Below, piece after piece: positions 13,224 through 27,500 of a DNA stretch of 64,000 nucleotides (positions within the stretch are counted from its first letter, which is position 1; each line of letters starts with the position of its first letter). Origin of the DNA: Raillietiella orientalis (lineage: Eukaryota); NCBI GenBank assembly GCA_036172245.1, contig JAYWIR010000010.1, positions 4,898,001 through 4,962,000 on the forward strand, read 5' to 3'. The notes beneath the pieces are model-generated. The model was given only the letters and a program-made list of their open reading frames with translations, did not search any database and had not been told where the DNA came from. The translations under genes were made by a program, and so were the position numbers.

Positions 13224-15373
13224 TACCTTCGTAGACTTTTTCGAATACTTTTTCGATACTACTTGAGAGCTGTAATTTCGAATCGCGGCACCTTCCTTAG
13301 GTAAGATTCAGAATGGTGCACCGAATTTACCCAATACCTGCTGAAAAGTACTTTCAGGCTAAGAACGCATTATTTTATTTTTTATTTTTTTTGTTTGCTT
13401 AGCTTTGAGAAAACCGATTCTTGATCATGATGTATGCATTTTCGTCCGATTCTCAGGGGAGGGAAACGCTCTTTTTTTACTTCGCAGTCTGATTTTCGGA
13501 AGTGGAATCACATCGAAGAGAACGGGAGGCTCCGAATTCACAATGAAAGGAGAAAGCTTAAGAGGAAACTTGGCTAGAGATCACGAAATGGGAGCTCGGA
13601 GGAAGGGCATCACCAAAAGCACACTGAAAACGACTCCGAATTGAATGCCAGGGACCAAACTTGAATGGACCGCTCAGCCGGCGACAGACAGATGGCACCG
13701 TTTCGGTATGAGCCAAAATGGAATGGGACGAATGCGCAGGCCGTCACGAGACCCAGGAAGTGACTCGATTTAAATTAAACAGACTTCGGGAAATATCGTG
13801 CTCTGCAAACGGAATCCCCACAGTAATGCCAATCAGAAATCTGCCAAGAAGCACAACGTACGAAGAAGCACCGGCAAAGACGGCCCACGAAACAACTCCC
13901 AACTGGACGGAAATCGGTAGGGAAAATAGGAGCAAAACGTGCGTTAACGATTCAAGGAACGCACGCCAGAATAATTCGCTCTGTAAAGTCAGAACTGGGG
14001 AAGAAAAAACTGCGAACGCTTGAAGCAAGCAAATGTGGAAATTTTTGTCAAAGACGAGAAACACAGCAGCAAGTAAATTGCAGTGCATGCGTGTGCGCGC
14101 TCTTATGAAACAAGTACTTGAGTCGTCGTCCCAACGTTTCCCTGGAACCACTTCAATACTCATCCCGGAACACCAACAGCTCAGCCAGCCAGCGCCGCAA
14201 ATCATCGAGGTGAGAGTGAAATTAATTCCATGAAACGCAATTAACTGCAATTAACTGTGATCAAATGCCGAAAGCAAACAAGCAAGCAAGTCTAGACGAT
14301 GAACACACAGAAGAGAGTGAAAAAGAGTCATTGAAATTTCCTTCTTGACGAGAACCAAAGCAAGTCTGCGAACGGGATTCTAGAAGGATCGGATGCGTGG
14401 GGATGTAATGCAACATGGCAGTTCATAGCGTCCAGAGCAAAGTGATAGCGGAAAGGCGAACCATCACCGTTGGATGCAGAAGGCATTTACTACGAGGCGG
14501 TGGTAAACCACGCTACCGCAAGAAGGCTTGCATCTTGAGTTCGCGAGGTCATCGAAAAGATCCCCCCACCCCTTCCCTTTTGCAAATTACGGGGTAGTGC
14601 TAGCATTGAAATGGGACGAAACACGAAATACCGATTTGCATAAGCAAAAGAGAGAAGTACCGAAGCACAAAACATGTCGGAGTGCCCCGCGGTGGTCGTT
14701 CCAGTCAAATACCGAAGAGCACACACAACCCGCACAACACGAATGATTTGTACAGCATGAGGATGTGAAAACGAGAGGCGCGCCATTCGCTATGTAAATG
14801 CATGAGACCTTACTCGAAAAATGTATCAAATGGAGGATGCATGCTACTTGGTCACCAGCCGTTTTCACAAACCAAGTTATGAATCAAGTGCGCTGCTTCT
14901 TCAGCAAATTATTGGCAAATCAAGCCATCAAGTTTTGAAGTTCGCGATTCATAACGAATCAAGTTATGAATCTAATTTCTAATCCGATGATTTTGGTGTC
15001 GAAATTCAGATCGGGAAAATCGATCCACCCAAAGTAGTCTGTAGTGTCAAGGACGCCTGGAGTCCAATTGCGATGTCATTCAACGCACTGCTTCTCCATC
15101 ACAGGTCGTCGATACCAAATCAGTGAGACGTGCTTTTGCCAGCCCAGAAGGCTTCTTCACGAACTTTGCTCACAAACCCAATTCCGTAAAGACACTTTTG
15201 TCTCGCCTACAACGTAAAGCGCAACACTGCAATATACACACATATATGTATATATATACTACTCGCCAGCATTAGAAGATTAGAAGGGCATTTTTTTTTA
15301 TTCGACTAAAAGCAGGTATGACTGAATGACGAGGCTGCTTACATCAAGAGCGAAAATAAGGGCGAAAATTTAC

Positions 15374-15603
15374 TTGCATGCAGAATCCAATTCAGGACCA
15401 TCGAGTAAGGGTGGGCGATTGTAATAGCGCTGCTTTCGAATGTGAGTAACGATACCCTCTATTGCTGAATAGTCTCTTTCTAAGTATCTATGCAAGCAGA
15501 CGCCGACCTCCTTCGATTCTGCTGTGCAAGATTTAGAAAAATCTTCTTTCTCATCTTCGAAGAGACCGATTAACATTAGTGGAAAAATCAAACCTTGGCA
15601 GTC
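15374..15603 (-). CDS. Putative internal exon of a Cys-containing secreted protein (gene model unresolved)
   Basis: tttgatag| acceptor, 230-nt open frame DCQGLIFPLMLIGLFEDEKEDFSKSCTAESKEVGVCLHRYL...ELDSACK, donor AA|gtaaat (phase 2). Confidence 0.3.
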
Positions 15604-18600
15604 CTATCAAAGTAAAACAAAAAAATCATTCTGTACCTATTTCGATGTTTAAGGAAATTTCCGAAGCGCCAGAAACATCAACTGTGACTATTATGATCAC
15701 TTCTATCAGTGTCCATTTGTCCATTAACATCTTATTCTTGAGACTGAGATGAATCGATGTGGCATCATAACGTATTTGAGCAGCCAAAGCTTTCCAAGCA
15801 AGCTTTTCGCTTCGCCTTCAGGACTAAAAAACAAACAAACAAACAAGCATGGGATCTTTTCAAGCGGACACTGAAGTGTGAACGGGTATTTGCAAAAGCC
15901 GGAATACCCCAGCTAGGGAAAAAATGCAGTCGAAATCACTCCCTCTAAAAAGGAAAGAAAAAAAAACTCCAAACTTTTCATGAGAGAGAGAGAGAGAGGG
16001 AAAAAAAGGAAAATTCTGTATTTCTGTCCGAAAAATCTTAAACGAAAATGCTCCCTCGAACGCGAGTCCCATTAAAATGATGCAGGTGCAATGATTGCAA
16101 AGTAGCTGAATCTGGATTAGTACTTCCTTAGCATCATGCTTTGGTGATAGTACAGCGCAAGCAGCATTCTAGCAAAACACGAAACCCTTATCTACTTTCT
16201 CCTCGTGGAATTACCGGGCTATTGGTATCTTGGCACAATACCACAATTGAAATACATCGACTGACCGAGTTTTCGATCCGTGACTCCTCATGGACCGAAG
16301 TGCTGCATCACTGTGCAGCTCTGTGAAAGGTGTGCCTGCGTGTGCTACACAAAGAGAGTGTGTTGCCATTCCATGCAACTGGAGCGCTGCTTCAAAGTTG
16401 ATCATTCACCTCCAAGAAAATGAGACCCTTAATGCAACTCCAATTTCCTGGTATGGTAAATATGACATCGTCTTCAACACATCGTGCGCCACATTTGCTG
16501 TGTGCTCGATTTCATTAAACGGAGTGTTCGTGCGTTTTAGCGAATCGACTGCATTGCCTAAATAACACTCGCATTCTGGAAGACGGTCAGGAAATTAAGA
16601 TATCTAGAAAAACACTTAAAAGCAACAACAACAAATTAAAGAGTTCAACATGGATTTCAGAAAAAAAAAAAAAAATTCTTTGATTTTCGTATTCCAGAAA
16701 CATCGAGCTCAACATTCATTTCCGCAGTGATTGACGATTGTGCTCCACAGATTTTTGTATTCGTTCTGTTCATTTATCTTGTCCATTCGATGGACAAGAT
16801 AATCTGTGTTGGTCACAGTTCTATGGACTCTCACAACTAGTGTATAATTCTTCTCCGCAGCGTCCCGGACTCGTCGACTCTTCCGGGCGATTGCTGGACA
16901 CGTCGAGCTAAATAAAATGAAGCGGAACACATATTTGCTACGCTTTCGTATTTCTGCTGGCTCTTTCACGTGGAATAAATTATTCCTTTCAGTGCAGCAC
17001 GTAACTATCGAATCAATTTGAGGTGACGGCACGCTGCTCCTGTAAAGATCCTTGCTCTCTTTGATGGGCCTCCACAAAGTAGGAAACCGAGCTGGGATCC
17101 GCAACGTTCTAGAAGTTTCTGCCTCTTGAAGAACTCTTACCACCTTCTAGAAAACAGGGAAATCAGCTGAGTTTCATCAGCTATATGTGCAAGGCAAATC
17201 AGATCTTTAGAGGTAGCTTTTTGTTCGTGCTGAAAGGTTTGGCACAGCCTCTGGAGCGGTGCAGCGTGTCCCTTTCTTTAGTAATGCTTGAAGGAAGCAC
17301 AAAATTTCCATAGCACAATTCGAAATCACTCCCCATTGCTTCCAAAAAATACTGAGCCTTTCCGTGTAGCAGTATAATGATCCAAGCATCCAATTTAGAT
17401 CTTTGTCGTGGCAGCGTTGAAACCTTGCAAACAGATTGAAAACACCCATTAAGCTGCCAACTGTGAATCAAAAATCCTTGAAATACATGTCGATTGTGCT
17501 ATAGAGAGATTTCACGCTACTCACCTTTAAAGATCAAGTCAGGAATATGACTTTCTTGAAAAAATTTCAATACGAAAAAACAAAAAAAACACTTTAGAAT
17601 GTTTGAAATTATCACTAGATTGGTCAAAAGTCATAACAACCTAAGGCAAGCAATGGACGCATGCATCGTATACTTAGTACTAATAAGTAATGACTAAAAG
17701 GATCATTTGGCATATCAGACATGGTAGAAGTGACCCAAAGGCGAAGTTTGCTTTTCAAAATACTGTAGTTGACCAACATGAAAAAGAAAAAAAAATTGGT
17801 TTCGAGTTGGTGAGCTGTTTGCAATACGAGTGGTGAACAGAACTCATTCCGCGTTGAAATATCAATCGGTTTGAGAATATGTGGAATGAGCGATCTGTTC
17901 ATTCACAAATCAAATGCTTCATTCATAAATTCAGCAAAAGTCGACCATACATACTTCGAGCACGCTCGAAGACTTTTGAAGAACATTTACTTTTTTCCTA
18001 AGAAAAAACTATTCTTACCTTATCACGTTGAAAATACTTTTACAGGGCGACGACGTGAGTTAACGAGATTCCCAGTAAGCCACCCTCTGAAGATCATTCC
18101 GATGCTTGGTGAAAGGAGAAACCGAAGAATAAAACCTCACTCTTTCGAAGGAAAACTTAAGCATAATCCGATGGCCAGCAATGGTTGATGGGCCATTGCA
18201 GGCTGTTCGAGGAACCAAAGATATTTCTTCCTGTTAGATGCTTTCAAGGGAACAAGAAAGGATGCCCAACCCGCAGCATTCGCCCCACTGCACGAAACAA
18301 AGGAGTAGCTTTGGCATACGCCTCCAATGACATCGTCTGCGTCTTGCTAATTGAAATCAATAGCCCCTTGCATTTCAAGATTAGCGCACCTTCCAGCACG
18401 AAAATTGAAAGCGCATCCTGGGAAAGCAGAAATCCTTGGATCTGAGCTCACTGCGTTGAATCTATCCCTTGATGAGAACGGATTATCGAGAGAAAGCGCT
18501 GGTTTCGCAGGAGATGAGTTTGGCGATTCCTTGGTTACTCCCAGGGAGATGAACTGATTCGTTCCGAGAACGAAAGCGGGATACTTTTGACAAAAGTACG

Positions 18601-21600
18601 TTATGGTGCGACATGATGTTGAACGAATTTCCTGGTGGTGCTTTCACCAGCACCACCAGAAAAGCAGTCCGAGAGCTGAAAGCTGGAAGCCGGAAGCGCG
18701 CTTCTGATGATCCGCGAAATATCCGCCTCTTCGTTTCTAGAGACCTCCTGACGTTTATTCATCGTATCAGGAAGGGATCCAGTCTGGTTCCCCCCATTTG
18801 GGGAGATGCACTCGCAACCGAAGCATGCGGTTCCACATTCTTCGCAGGGATGGACTTCCAGAGCAATCTGGCTGGCGAACACGTATTCCCAAAACTTATT
18901 CCAGGCGTCCTTTTATGACGGTCGTGCACCACATGCCAGCTCATATGACGGTAAGGAAATGCCCGCTCGGGGCGCAAGCAACTACCCCTGTTGTACTCCG
19001 CGTGCATAATAAACCCTTTATGTACAGGTCGATCAAAAATTATGCCACTGGACTCGTCCAGATCACTGGGTTAATACTATACAGATGTCTATACTATACT
19101 TGTCACTTCAGTAGTGAAAGAAAGTTGGGAATTGAATGAGCTAATGATAGAAGTATTGCTGCAGCAGCACAAGATCGAGGTGGATTGATTGGGATGTAAG
19201 GGAACTTTGAAATCCTTAGAATCAGGTACTTGGAAAAACACACACGCACAGGACAGCCATCACATCCTACTGTTAAATGTGCTTTATCGACAGAGGTTCC
19301 ACACCCTGAATCCAAGGAGCGGGACTACTGGACAAAATCAGATTGTTAGAACGTTGCGAGGAAACCAATCCTACACAAGGACGTTGTAATGGAACAAGAT
19401 TAGTCATTGGGCTGCTTTCTTAGGATGCTGCAAATTGAAGGTAAAGACGTGAATTCCTCGAACAATATCGGGCTAACGAAACGAAAAACTGATTTGTCTG
19501 CTCCGCTCCCGGCGGACCGTCACATTGGCGACCATAAACAAATCTGGAGAGCGCACTTTGATAAACTTTGTGCTCTTGTTCCCAGATATAGACTTTCCCT
19601 TAAGGCTCTCTCCGGAGAGAACTATCATTCCAGTCCTCGCTGGGGGGAAAAAAAAAAAAAGTAATGCTGCGTTTTCAAAAATAATGTTTAGATGAAACAA
19701 ATACGAATCTGGCCGCAAGAGCTTGGCAAGTTGCTTTTGACCACAAGTAAAATATAAGCAAGCATGGTTTTGGAAAATGAGCTACTCTCTAGAAGACAAC
19801 GGTTGATAGAATGGCAGACGTACTACTGAAATGTTGAGAATTTTTTGCCAATCGGCGCAGAATTGTGGAAACATCAAGTCTCATGGATTCTCAATCTGAA
19901 CTATGCAAGTAAATTAATTTGATCTGAAATGAACTTCATCCGAACAGATTCTGTCTGTTTGGAAAAGTTTAACCTAAAATGGGAACCAGTGCTGACAATC
20001 TGAACGGAAGTACTGGGAGGGGTATGTTTTAAAAACACGTGATGCAAGCAATGGTCGTATGGAACCGTACTGAGAATTCGAGTTTGCCTTCTGACACCGT
20101 TTGCTACGTCAAATTCCACTGTGCGACCGGTTGACGATCCACATTTTCCCAGAACATAAATTTCTAAGTATGCTGAAAGAAACTGTTCGCAATGAAAGAT
20201 GCCACTTCATTAGCAATACACACTGTGTGTATTCTTACGAGCCCATGTTTATGAAGTTGGTCCTAGAAACACGAGGCATCGAGAAAGAAAGTAAAGTACC
20301 TGTAAAAGCACTTTTTGGCGTCTCGTTTATGTGATTTGCTTTGATTGCTTTAGTTGATGAGTGTTTTTATCCTTTCTAGATGAGTTTTTCTTATAGATTG
20401 CAAAATACTATAATTAATCCGCTGACTTTTTTTTTTTTTTTACAGGCCTTATATATTAAATTGTTTCTGACAGGGTTTGCTTAATTTTGCCGCTCGGTCA
20501 CCGATTGTACAGAATGATGCACGTGAAATGTACGACGCACTCGAAAGTTATTTAATCCAAGAGTGTTTGTGCTTAACGGGTCAAAGCATCCAATACGACA
20601 ACCTGCCGTGACCCTATCTCAAGATAAATTGCAACCCATGGCGGCGATAGGGAATGGCTCTTTTCACTGAGAAGGTTTTGACCACACAGTGGAAATAAAA
20701 AGCAGGATGCAAACTAATCGAAGGCTTTTAACGCTTGTTACAAAACCTACAACGAAAGAAGGAACTTTTGGAGAAAAACGCGCACCCACACACAGGCTGA
20801 ATCCCTACGAAGTCCTTTAAAAAGCAAGTTCAACACTGAATTGGCACGATCCTGATGACAATCTGTTAAGAAAGTGGATACCAATTAGGAAAGTTCGATT
20901 TGCTCAGGAACAAACGGTTTGTTCGCAATGCAGGAAAGCATCAATAATTTTGCATCAAGGAAGGCGACAGAGACAAATTCATACCCTGAAATATACTCCA
21001 CTACCTTTGTAAATCCAAAAAACATTCACTGAGAGGGGGGGGGGGGAAGGGTTATTTTTAATGCATTATGGAAGTACAGGAATGGTCCTGTGGCCTTATG
21101 TCAACTGCGTACACTTCAATCGCAAATGCCGCGCGCCAGTACAACCCAACGCAACTTCTTAAGGGCTGCCGAGTTATTCGAATTTGACACATTCCGAAGA
21201 CCAGACCACATCAGTGACCGTTTGACTGCACAGTATACCGAGACTTGAACCGGCTCGACCTGCTCCCCTCGGGCCCACGCTACACTGGATCTCAGTACCT
21301 TTCACCTGGCACTCGCTTTAAATCGCATGACACAAGCCCTCTCGTCAATTTTCTTCCGCTGCCCAGTTCTTGAGCACAGCTACCGTCTTCTGCGAGCTGG
21401 TTCGACTCTGGCAAAGACGGCTTTGGAAGTCACCCTCCGCTAACTTCTACCATCTGATGAGGAGGTGCGTCATCTACCGATCTGCGTACAGTGTACAGCA
21501 TGGGCAAACTGTGTTTATTAAATTTATTGAACGGCAAGCTTGTTGTGATACCACGATAAACACTCCTCACTGCTGCTACAACTTTTAAACAAGACTCGAG

Positions 21601-22297
21601 TCCGCCAATAAAGCACTTGGGAGACAATTTCGGACTTTAGTTGTTGTTTCCCCCCCCCCCCCCCCCCAATAACAGAATATAGTCACGAAAAATACCAAAA
21701 CAAATGAATTTCTTCACGGAACACACGTATTTTTCTTTTTGGAAGGTATCAAACTGATTTATTCACTTATGCTTGGTCACATAAGGCATACACATTCAAC
21801 ATTGGAATACGAACACAGAGTGGGCAGCACTTGAAACTACGCTCCGACTAGACTTCATTAAAACCTTAAACCGTCCATAAACTGTCTTCCCCAGAACACA
21901 AACCGATCATAAAGCGGGCGTGTTTGCCTCACGTTATCTTGCATCCACTGATTCATTCACTCGAGCGTGCGTGATTTCCGTACGTCCCAAACAGCACACG
22001 CACATACCGTGATCAGACGCAACAGCGCACACACCACTACCCCTACTTTGCCTTATTTACCTGCAATTCTGCCTACAGCATGTCAACTCTCCATGCGTAC
22101 GCATTTGTTGGCACAACTGCGATTATCAGCATCATGCAGAATAGCTCTGAATGAAGCATTTACTCCGAAATGCACTTCCATAAACACATGCCCTCTTCAC
22201 ACATTTCGCATCACGATTTACGTGCGTACTTCCTCGCGTGACATCAGCCTTCCACGATACTTGATGACGTCACACGTAAACAACAGATCTGATTGGT

Positions 22298-22362
22298 GAC
22301 ACACGCACACATGCTTATTTTAACGCACACACACCCACACATGTACACACACATATACATGC
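22298..22362. repeat. Imperfect (CA)n microsatellite
   Basis: acacgcacac...cacacacacccacacatgtacacacacatatacat. Confidence 0.7.
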
Positions 22363-22727
22363 AGGCTGACGCTCAACGAATGATTAATCAACCTTAAAGC
22401 GATGCGTCTCGAGATGATAATTAGCTTCGCGCAATGAGTTTATAATCAACACCTGTTACATACTCCTTTCTCACAAACTTTTCATATTTTTGAGTACGGA
22501 AATCCACAAATTCCTAGGCTTACTAAAGGATGTGTTCATTCAGGGTTCCTTTTTAATCCTCATTAAAAACATCAGATTTATGGGTAACAAACAATCACAC
22601 TTGTTTGATCTGCGCTTGATCATTCAAATAAAACATGGAGGTGGCATTCACAATTGTCCTTTGGAAATCCAATTTTCGGAAAATTCACCAAATCACAGTT
22701 GCAAGGAATATATTTTTTATATGGTTC

Positions 22728-24589
22728 TTAAGAGATGACAGTACATGAAGGCAAATCTTTCTGCAGCATACGCAGGCCTACAGATGTAACTCCTGTATGC
22801 TGAACATCTAAATGAGTAATAGAACGTAAGCTGGTTATCACATGCATAAGTAATGTATCACTGATATCACAATATGCCACTACTAATACTCTTAGCTGTG
22901 GATTTCTGCTGCTTTCCAAAGATAACAGACCCTTATCTGATACTAACTGATCCTTATCAGGGAATTGTTGCTGTGAACCTAAATACAGTTCACGTAAATA
23001 TTTGCCTTTTGCAAAACTGAAAACTTCTTGATCACCAATTTGGGTATCACGCAAGTCCAATACTTCTAATTTCTGAAACCCAAATCGAGTAGCAAGGCAA
23101 GTATATACAAAGCAATCTCCAATATGTATGCAGCCACGTAATCTCAACTCCTTGAGCATAGCACATTTACTGATTGCCATCAGAGAATGGTTGTCAAGCC
23201 AACTTGAATGACTCAAGTCCAATACTTCTAAATTTGGTAATAGATGGCTGATGTCTCGAAAGTAGGACTGCTTTGCAGGAAGATTAATAAAGTTGCAACC
23301 AGTCAGCTTCAATGACTTTAAACTTTTGGGGAAAACATCCAGTGGCAAATTTTGAGCATTGACATACGCCTCTGACAAAGTAAGACTAACTAATTGCGGA
23401 CACTGCAAGTGCATTGCTTTCATTATAGCTGCTGAAATTACTTCAGTTCCCTGAAACAAGTTTTGTGGCTTATCTAGTTCATGACCTGTGACACATCCTC
23501 TCATGTGCAAACTAAGAGTACTTGGGGTAAGAAATTTCAACAGTTTCCTAGTTTTGTTAAGTGTAAAGCTCTCAGAGCTCACATCCACATTGGTCCACAA
23601 AGATCGGTCTTTTGCTAATCTAGCAAAACGCTTACATGTCCTGAAAAAACAAAATTTTTCGAGTTTCACTAACAAATTCATGAGTAGCAAATGTACAATT
23701 TCATTGCAACCATATCAGGACATCAAAAAATATATACATATATAGAAACATATACCCATGAACAAGGCTTGGCTAAAAATATGAAAAAAATTTAAGATCA
23801 AAAAAGCAAAAACATCTGCCATGAATTATGATTTGAAATTACAAAAACAAAAAATACTTTTAGATAACATAACTTCCAATGGAACCTTCCACTGATTATC
23901 TATGATTAGCATGTTACTCACTCAATAAGCATTTCTCAATTCGAAAATACGATTGAAGTGCGACAAAAAACTTTAATTTGTTGAAGAATTAAATAGAATA
24001 CTTGAATTAAACAAGACTACAATATCCAATGGAAAATTTGTTATTTTCACTTATTCTTTCATCTAATTCATAAGCATATTTCTGAAGCACTACTTAACAA
24101 CAACCAGATAAATATCACTGCTGATGTAAATGAGGATTTAATTTCCTTCATGATGTAAGTGTGGTTTACACCTATCAAGTCATTCACCCATGTTGCTTCG
24201 TGATCTTTGTTCTTCGCTTACAAAGATTTCTCGCAAAAACGTTACCCAAACATTAATTAAAAACAGTAGTATCCCTTGGTATGGTTAGAAGCTTATTCGC
24301 CTAGTGCACATGATTATTAACCAAAGCTTTGGATGTACAGTAGCTCACAATACACTCAAGATTTTACCTTGTCATAGTAATCAAATCCGAAGATGACAGG
24401 TCCTTAAATATGCGCAAAAGAATATAATCACAAAAATTTAGAATGCTGATGGTTTTTGTCTTTTTCTCAGTTTCGCCATCGCAGTCTTCATGCTTCCTCT
24501 GAAACAAAAAATATTGTAAAATATGCACAACTATTACATTCATCATTTTTACGCATGCTTCCACAAACCTTCTTTCCTCTTAAATCCAT
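22728..24589 (-). CDS. F-box/LRR-repeat protein (FBXL12/SKP2-like), 3 coding exons, about 354 aa
   Basis: Exons 24569-24589 (MDLRGKK), 24368-24498 (F-box: ISILNFCDYILLRIFKDLSSSDLITMT), 22728-23640 (RTCKRFARLAKDRSLW, then LRRs e.g. LPNLEVLDLSHS, LKELRLRGC, LEVLDLRDT). GT-AG introns with consistent phases; total 1065 nt in frame to TAA. Exon 1 is the least certain. Confidence 0.88.
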
Positions 24590-27500
24590 TTATGCTACTG
24601 TGTCCTATTGATAAATAAAATCAGAAAACAAGACGGGATTACCCACATTCACTACGCACTATGCAGACTAAGCCAAGTAGCAACCATGAGGAAGTGCCAG
24701 AAAAACAAACTGCAAATTCAACTACCCAAGCGCGATGACGGTTTCATATGACTTTCTCTTGAGAATTTTTTTCCATAATCTATTGATTTTTGTTTATAAG
24801 AATCCATTTCCCTTTTTCATCCATATTATCTATTTATTTTAAAATACTATAAAAAATCAACACGAACTACCCGGCAAACACTGTCTCAAAGACCGATTAT
24901 GAAATTGTGCATTGTGCATTCATATGGTCGATATAAATAGGATAAGATTTTCATGTCCAAAGACGTCTATTCAGGGTGTTGTTCATTTTTTAATTGATTA
25001 TCACATAATGATTCTGAAAAGGTGTATATTGAAGAAAGATGTGAGCATTGCATTCAATTAGCTTTGTAAGCAGAAAGTTGTTCTCATAGGTAGAGTAGGA
25101 ATAACTGAGTAAAGTATTTTTGTAGAAAAACTTTATTAATGCTTAGATTATGTGTCATCCCTATTATGATGTTTCAATATCTTCAGTAATTCAAAAATAA
25201 CAATATATGTGGACGCTTCAGAAATTCAGATATCTTTTTTAAAATCTCACTTAAATTGATCTGTTAAACTGTTCCAGCATCATTGTATACAAAAAAGAGT
25301 GCAAAGACACATCAAACATGGAATTTGTATTAAAAATAATATATCCAAACATAAGCATAAAGACTGAAGCAAGAATTTCTACATACGGAATTTTTAATTT
25401 CGCTAATAAATTCATCTGAAATTAGTTTGCAACATCTAAAATTGACCAACTGATTAGAAATGGAAGGTCATATACACAAAATGAACTTGGTTATAAAAAT
25501 GGTTTAGAATTTCGTTGTTTCCAAGAATGACTGCATGAGTAAAATCGAACGTTATTCATAGTGACTTTCTGTTATTATTATCATGTTTGAAACTAAACAT
25601 CACTGTATGAAGATAAACTGTATTAAAAAACTTATTGTTCTATTCTCTTCGAACTTATTTTTTGTTACTCATAAACATAAATTTCGAATTTTTTCCATCA
25701 GCACTGCCCTGATCCTTATGGAAATTCCTGTTGATATTTTATAATTTCAGTGCTACAGTTTTGAAGAATGTCTCTTTTTCTCCACTGTCATCCTTAGTAT
25801 GCTTATTCAGATCATCAGAGTTTGCAATTTCGCAATTTTCTGGATGCAAACATTTCTGATATTGTGGAGAACTTATTCTTCATAATGCAATCATCTACTC
25901 CTTAATTAGAAGAAATAATAAATCATATTCGTTTGAGTTTTCTGACATGCAAAAAGTCGTTTCCCTCATTTTGGTCCTATAGGTAGTTTCATGATAAGGT
26001 TTGTATCAATGCTAACTACTTGAACATCATACATGAATATGACCTGTGTCTAATAGCACCATGAAGCTGTGTTCATGAAGCAGTTTCAAGTAATTCTCCA
26101 CTCCATTTTTATTTTTCCACGAAAAAGAAACGAACGGGCAAACTTCATGATTGTGATTGGAAGTTTCTAATCTTGGACTAAAATTTATGGACTAAAGAAT
26201 TGGATCAGTGTCTTCAGTGCTGCGAAATTAGCTACGTACGCTATACACATTATCGAACATGAAATGGAATGAAAACGTATCTGGAGATAATACAATTTTT
26301 TGCCATATTTCTCCATGTTTCATGCTTTTTTGGTAGATAGCATTGCCAAAGCGATTATCGATTTCTTCATGTAGCCATAGCAATGGGTGGCAGATCTTTT
26401 AAATTTCTTCCATATTTTCACTCACAGTTATCTAGCAAACCACGACTACTACACTTTCATATTTTTCACACTAAAAATGTGCATAGTATTGTCTTAAACA
26501 GTAATTCCATTAACTTTTCTTCGTTTCCAGTAATTTTTCTTCGCTTTGCAATGCTGTGGATCCATAGACCCTGAAAATACACTGCCTATTGAGAGCCAAT
26601 TTCTTGTTCTCGGGCTCCAAGTCCCCTATTTCCTCTACTTTGTCTTACACGAATGATACCTTTCTTTTTGATCTGTCGCTACAGCCTTCAGTCGGCAGTT
26701 AAAATGAAACTTACGCCAAATAAACTGAGGTGAAAGGTTTGCACATGCAGAAAAAGAATGTTCTTGGTATGGGGTAAACATTCAAAAAGTAGGACATATT
26801 GACGATTAGCGTTCTCCGCAGATGGTCGATAGAGAATTTCGTAAGCTAAGTAAGAAGTAGGTATGAAAACAGTCTGTAGATAATACAAGTACAGCCAGAA
26901 AAGAGTGCTATCGTTAAAGATTCCAACTCTGTAGCTGCAGTGGAAGAGCTCCACGAGCCCAGTATCATGGCGAACGAATTTCACCGAATGCTTCTAAGCA
27001 TTTGATCCTGTTAAATATTCAAGCAGCAAAGGCAATGGGCCTCGTAACAGATTCCTTATATGTGTACTTTTTTCTTAAGACGAAACAACAGCTAGGAGCT
27101 TGAGAGATAGTGATGCAGATAGATGGGAAGACTACGTTTCATGCTAAGTTGAAAATTGTGTATGTATTTAATCTTACATATCTGCAGCTACTCGAACTTG
27201 ATTTCCATGAAGGGAAACTCATAGAAACGATACTCTTGTCATGCTAACAACTGATTTCATATTCAACAAGTATCGAAGTCCATGTTTAAAAAAAATTGGG
27301 AGCACTGGAACCATATTATTGAAAATGCTTTGCCAAAATGCAACATTATGCTCCTAAAGAATCCGAAGATGGGGAGTTGCTTGAAGTCAGACGGAGGCTT
27401 TGAGTTTAGAAAGCGGAATGCTTACATTTCATGCACGATTTTTGCGGCCAGGGCATTTTCAGAGGATGGCATTCTGATTGAGGATCGAGGTGATTTCAAC

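Noticed and set aside
21240..21290. tRNA-like A/B boxes on - strand (tagcgtgg ... ggttcaagtc)
   Set aside because: No cloverleaf or acceptor stem, no second copy in window; at most a SINE fragment.
25700..26340. Exon-like - strand frames (HNHEVCPFVSFSWKNKNG...)
   Set aside because: Interrupted by stops and no family recognised.
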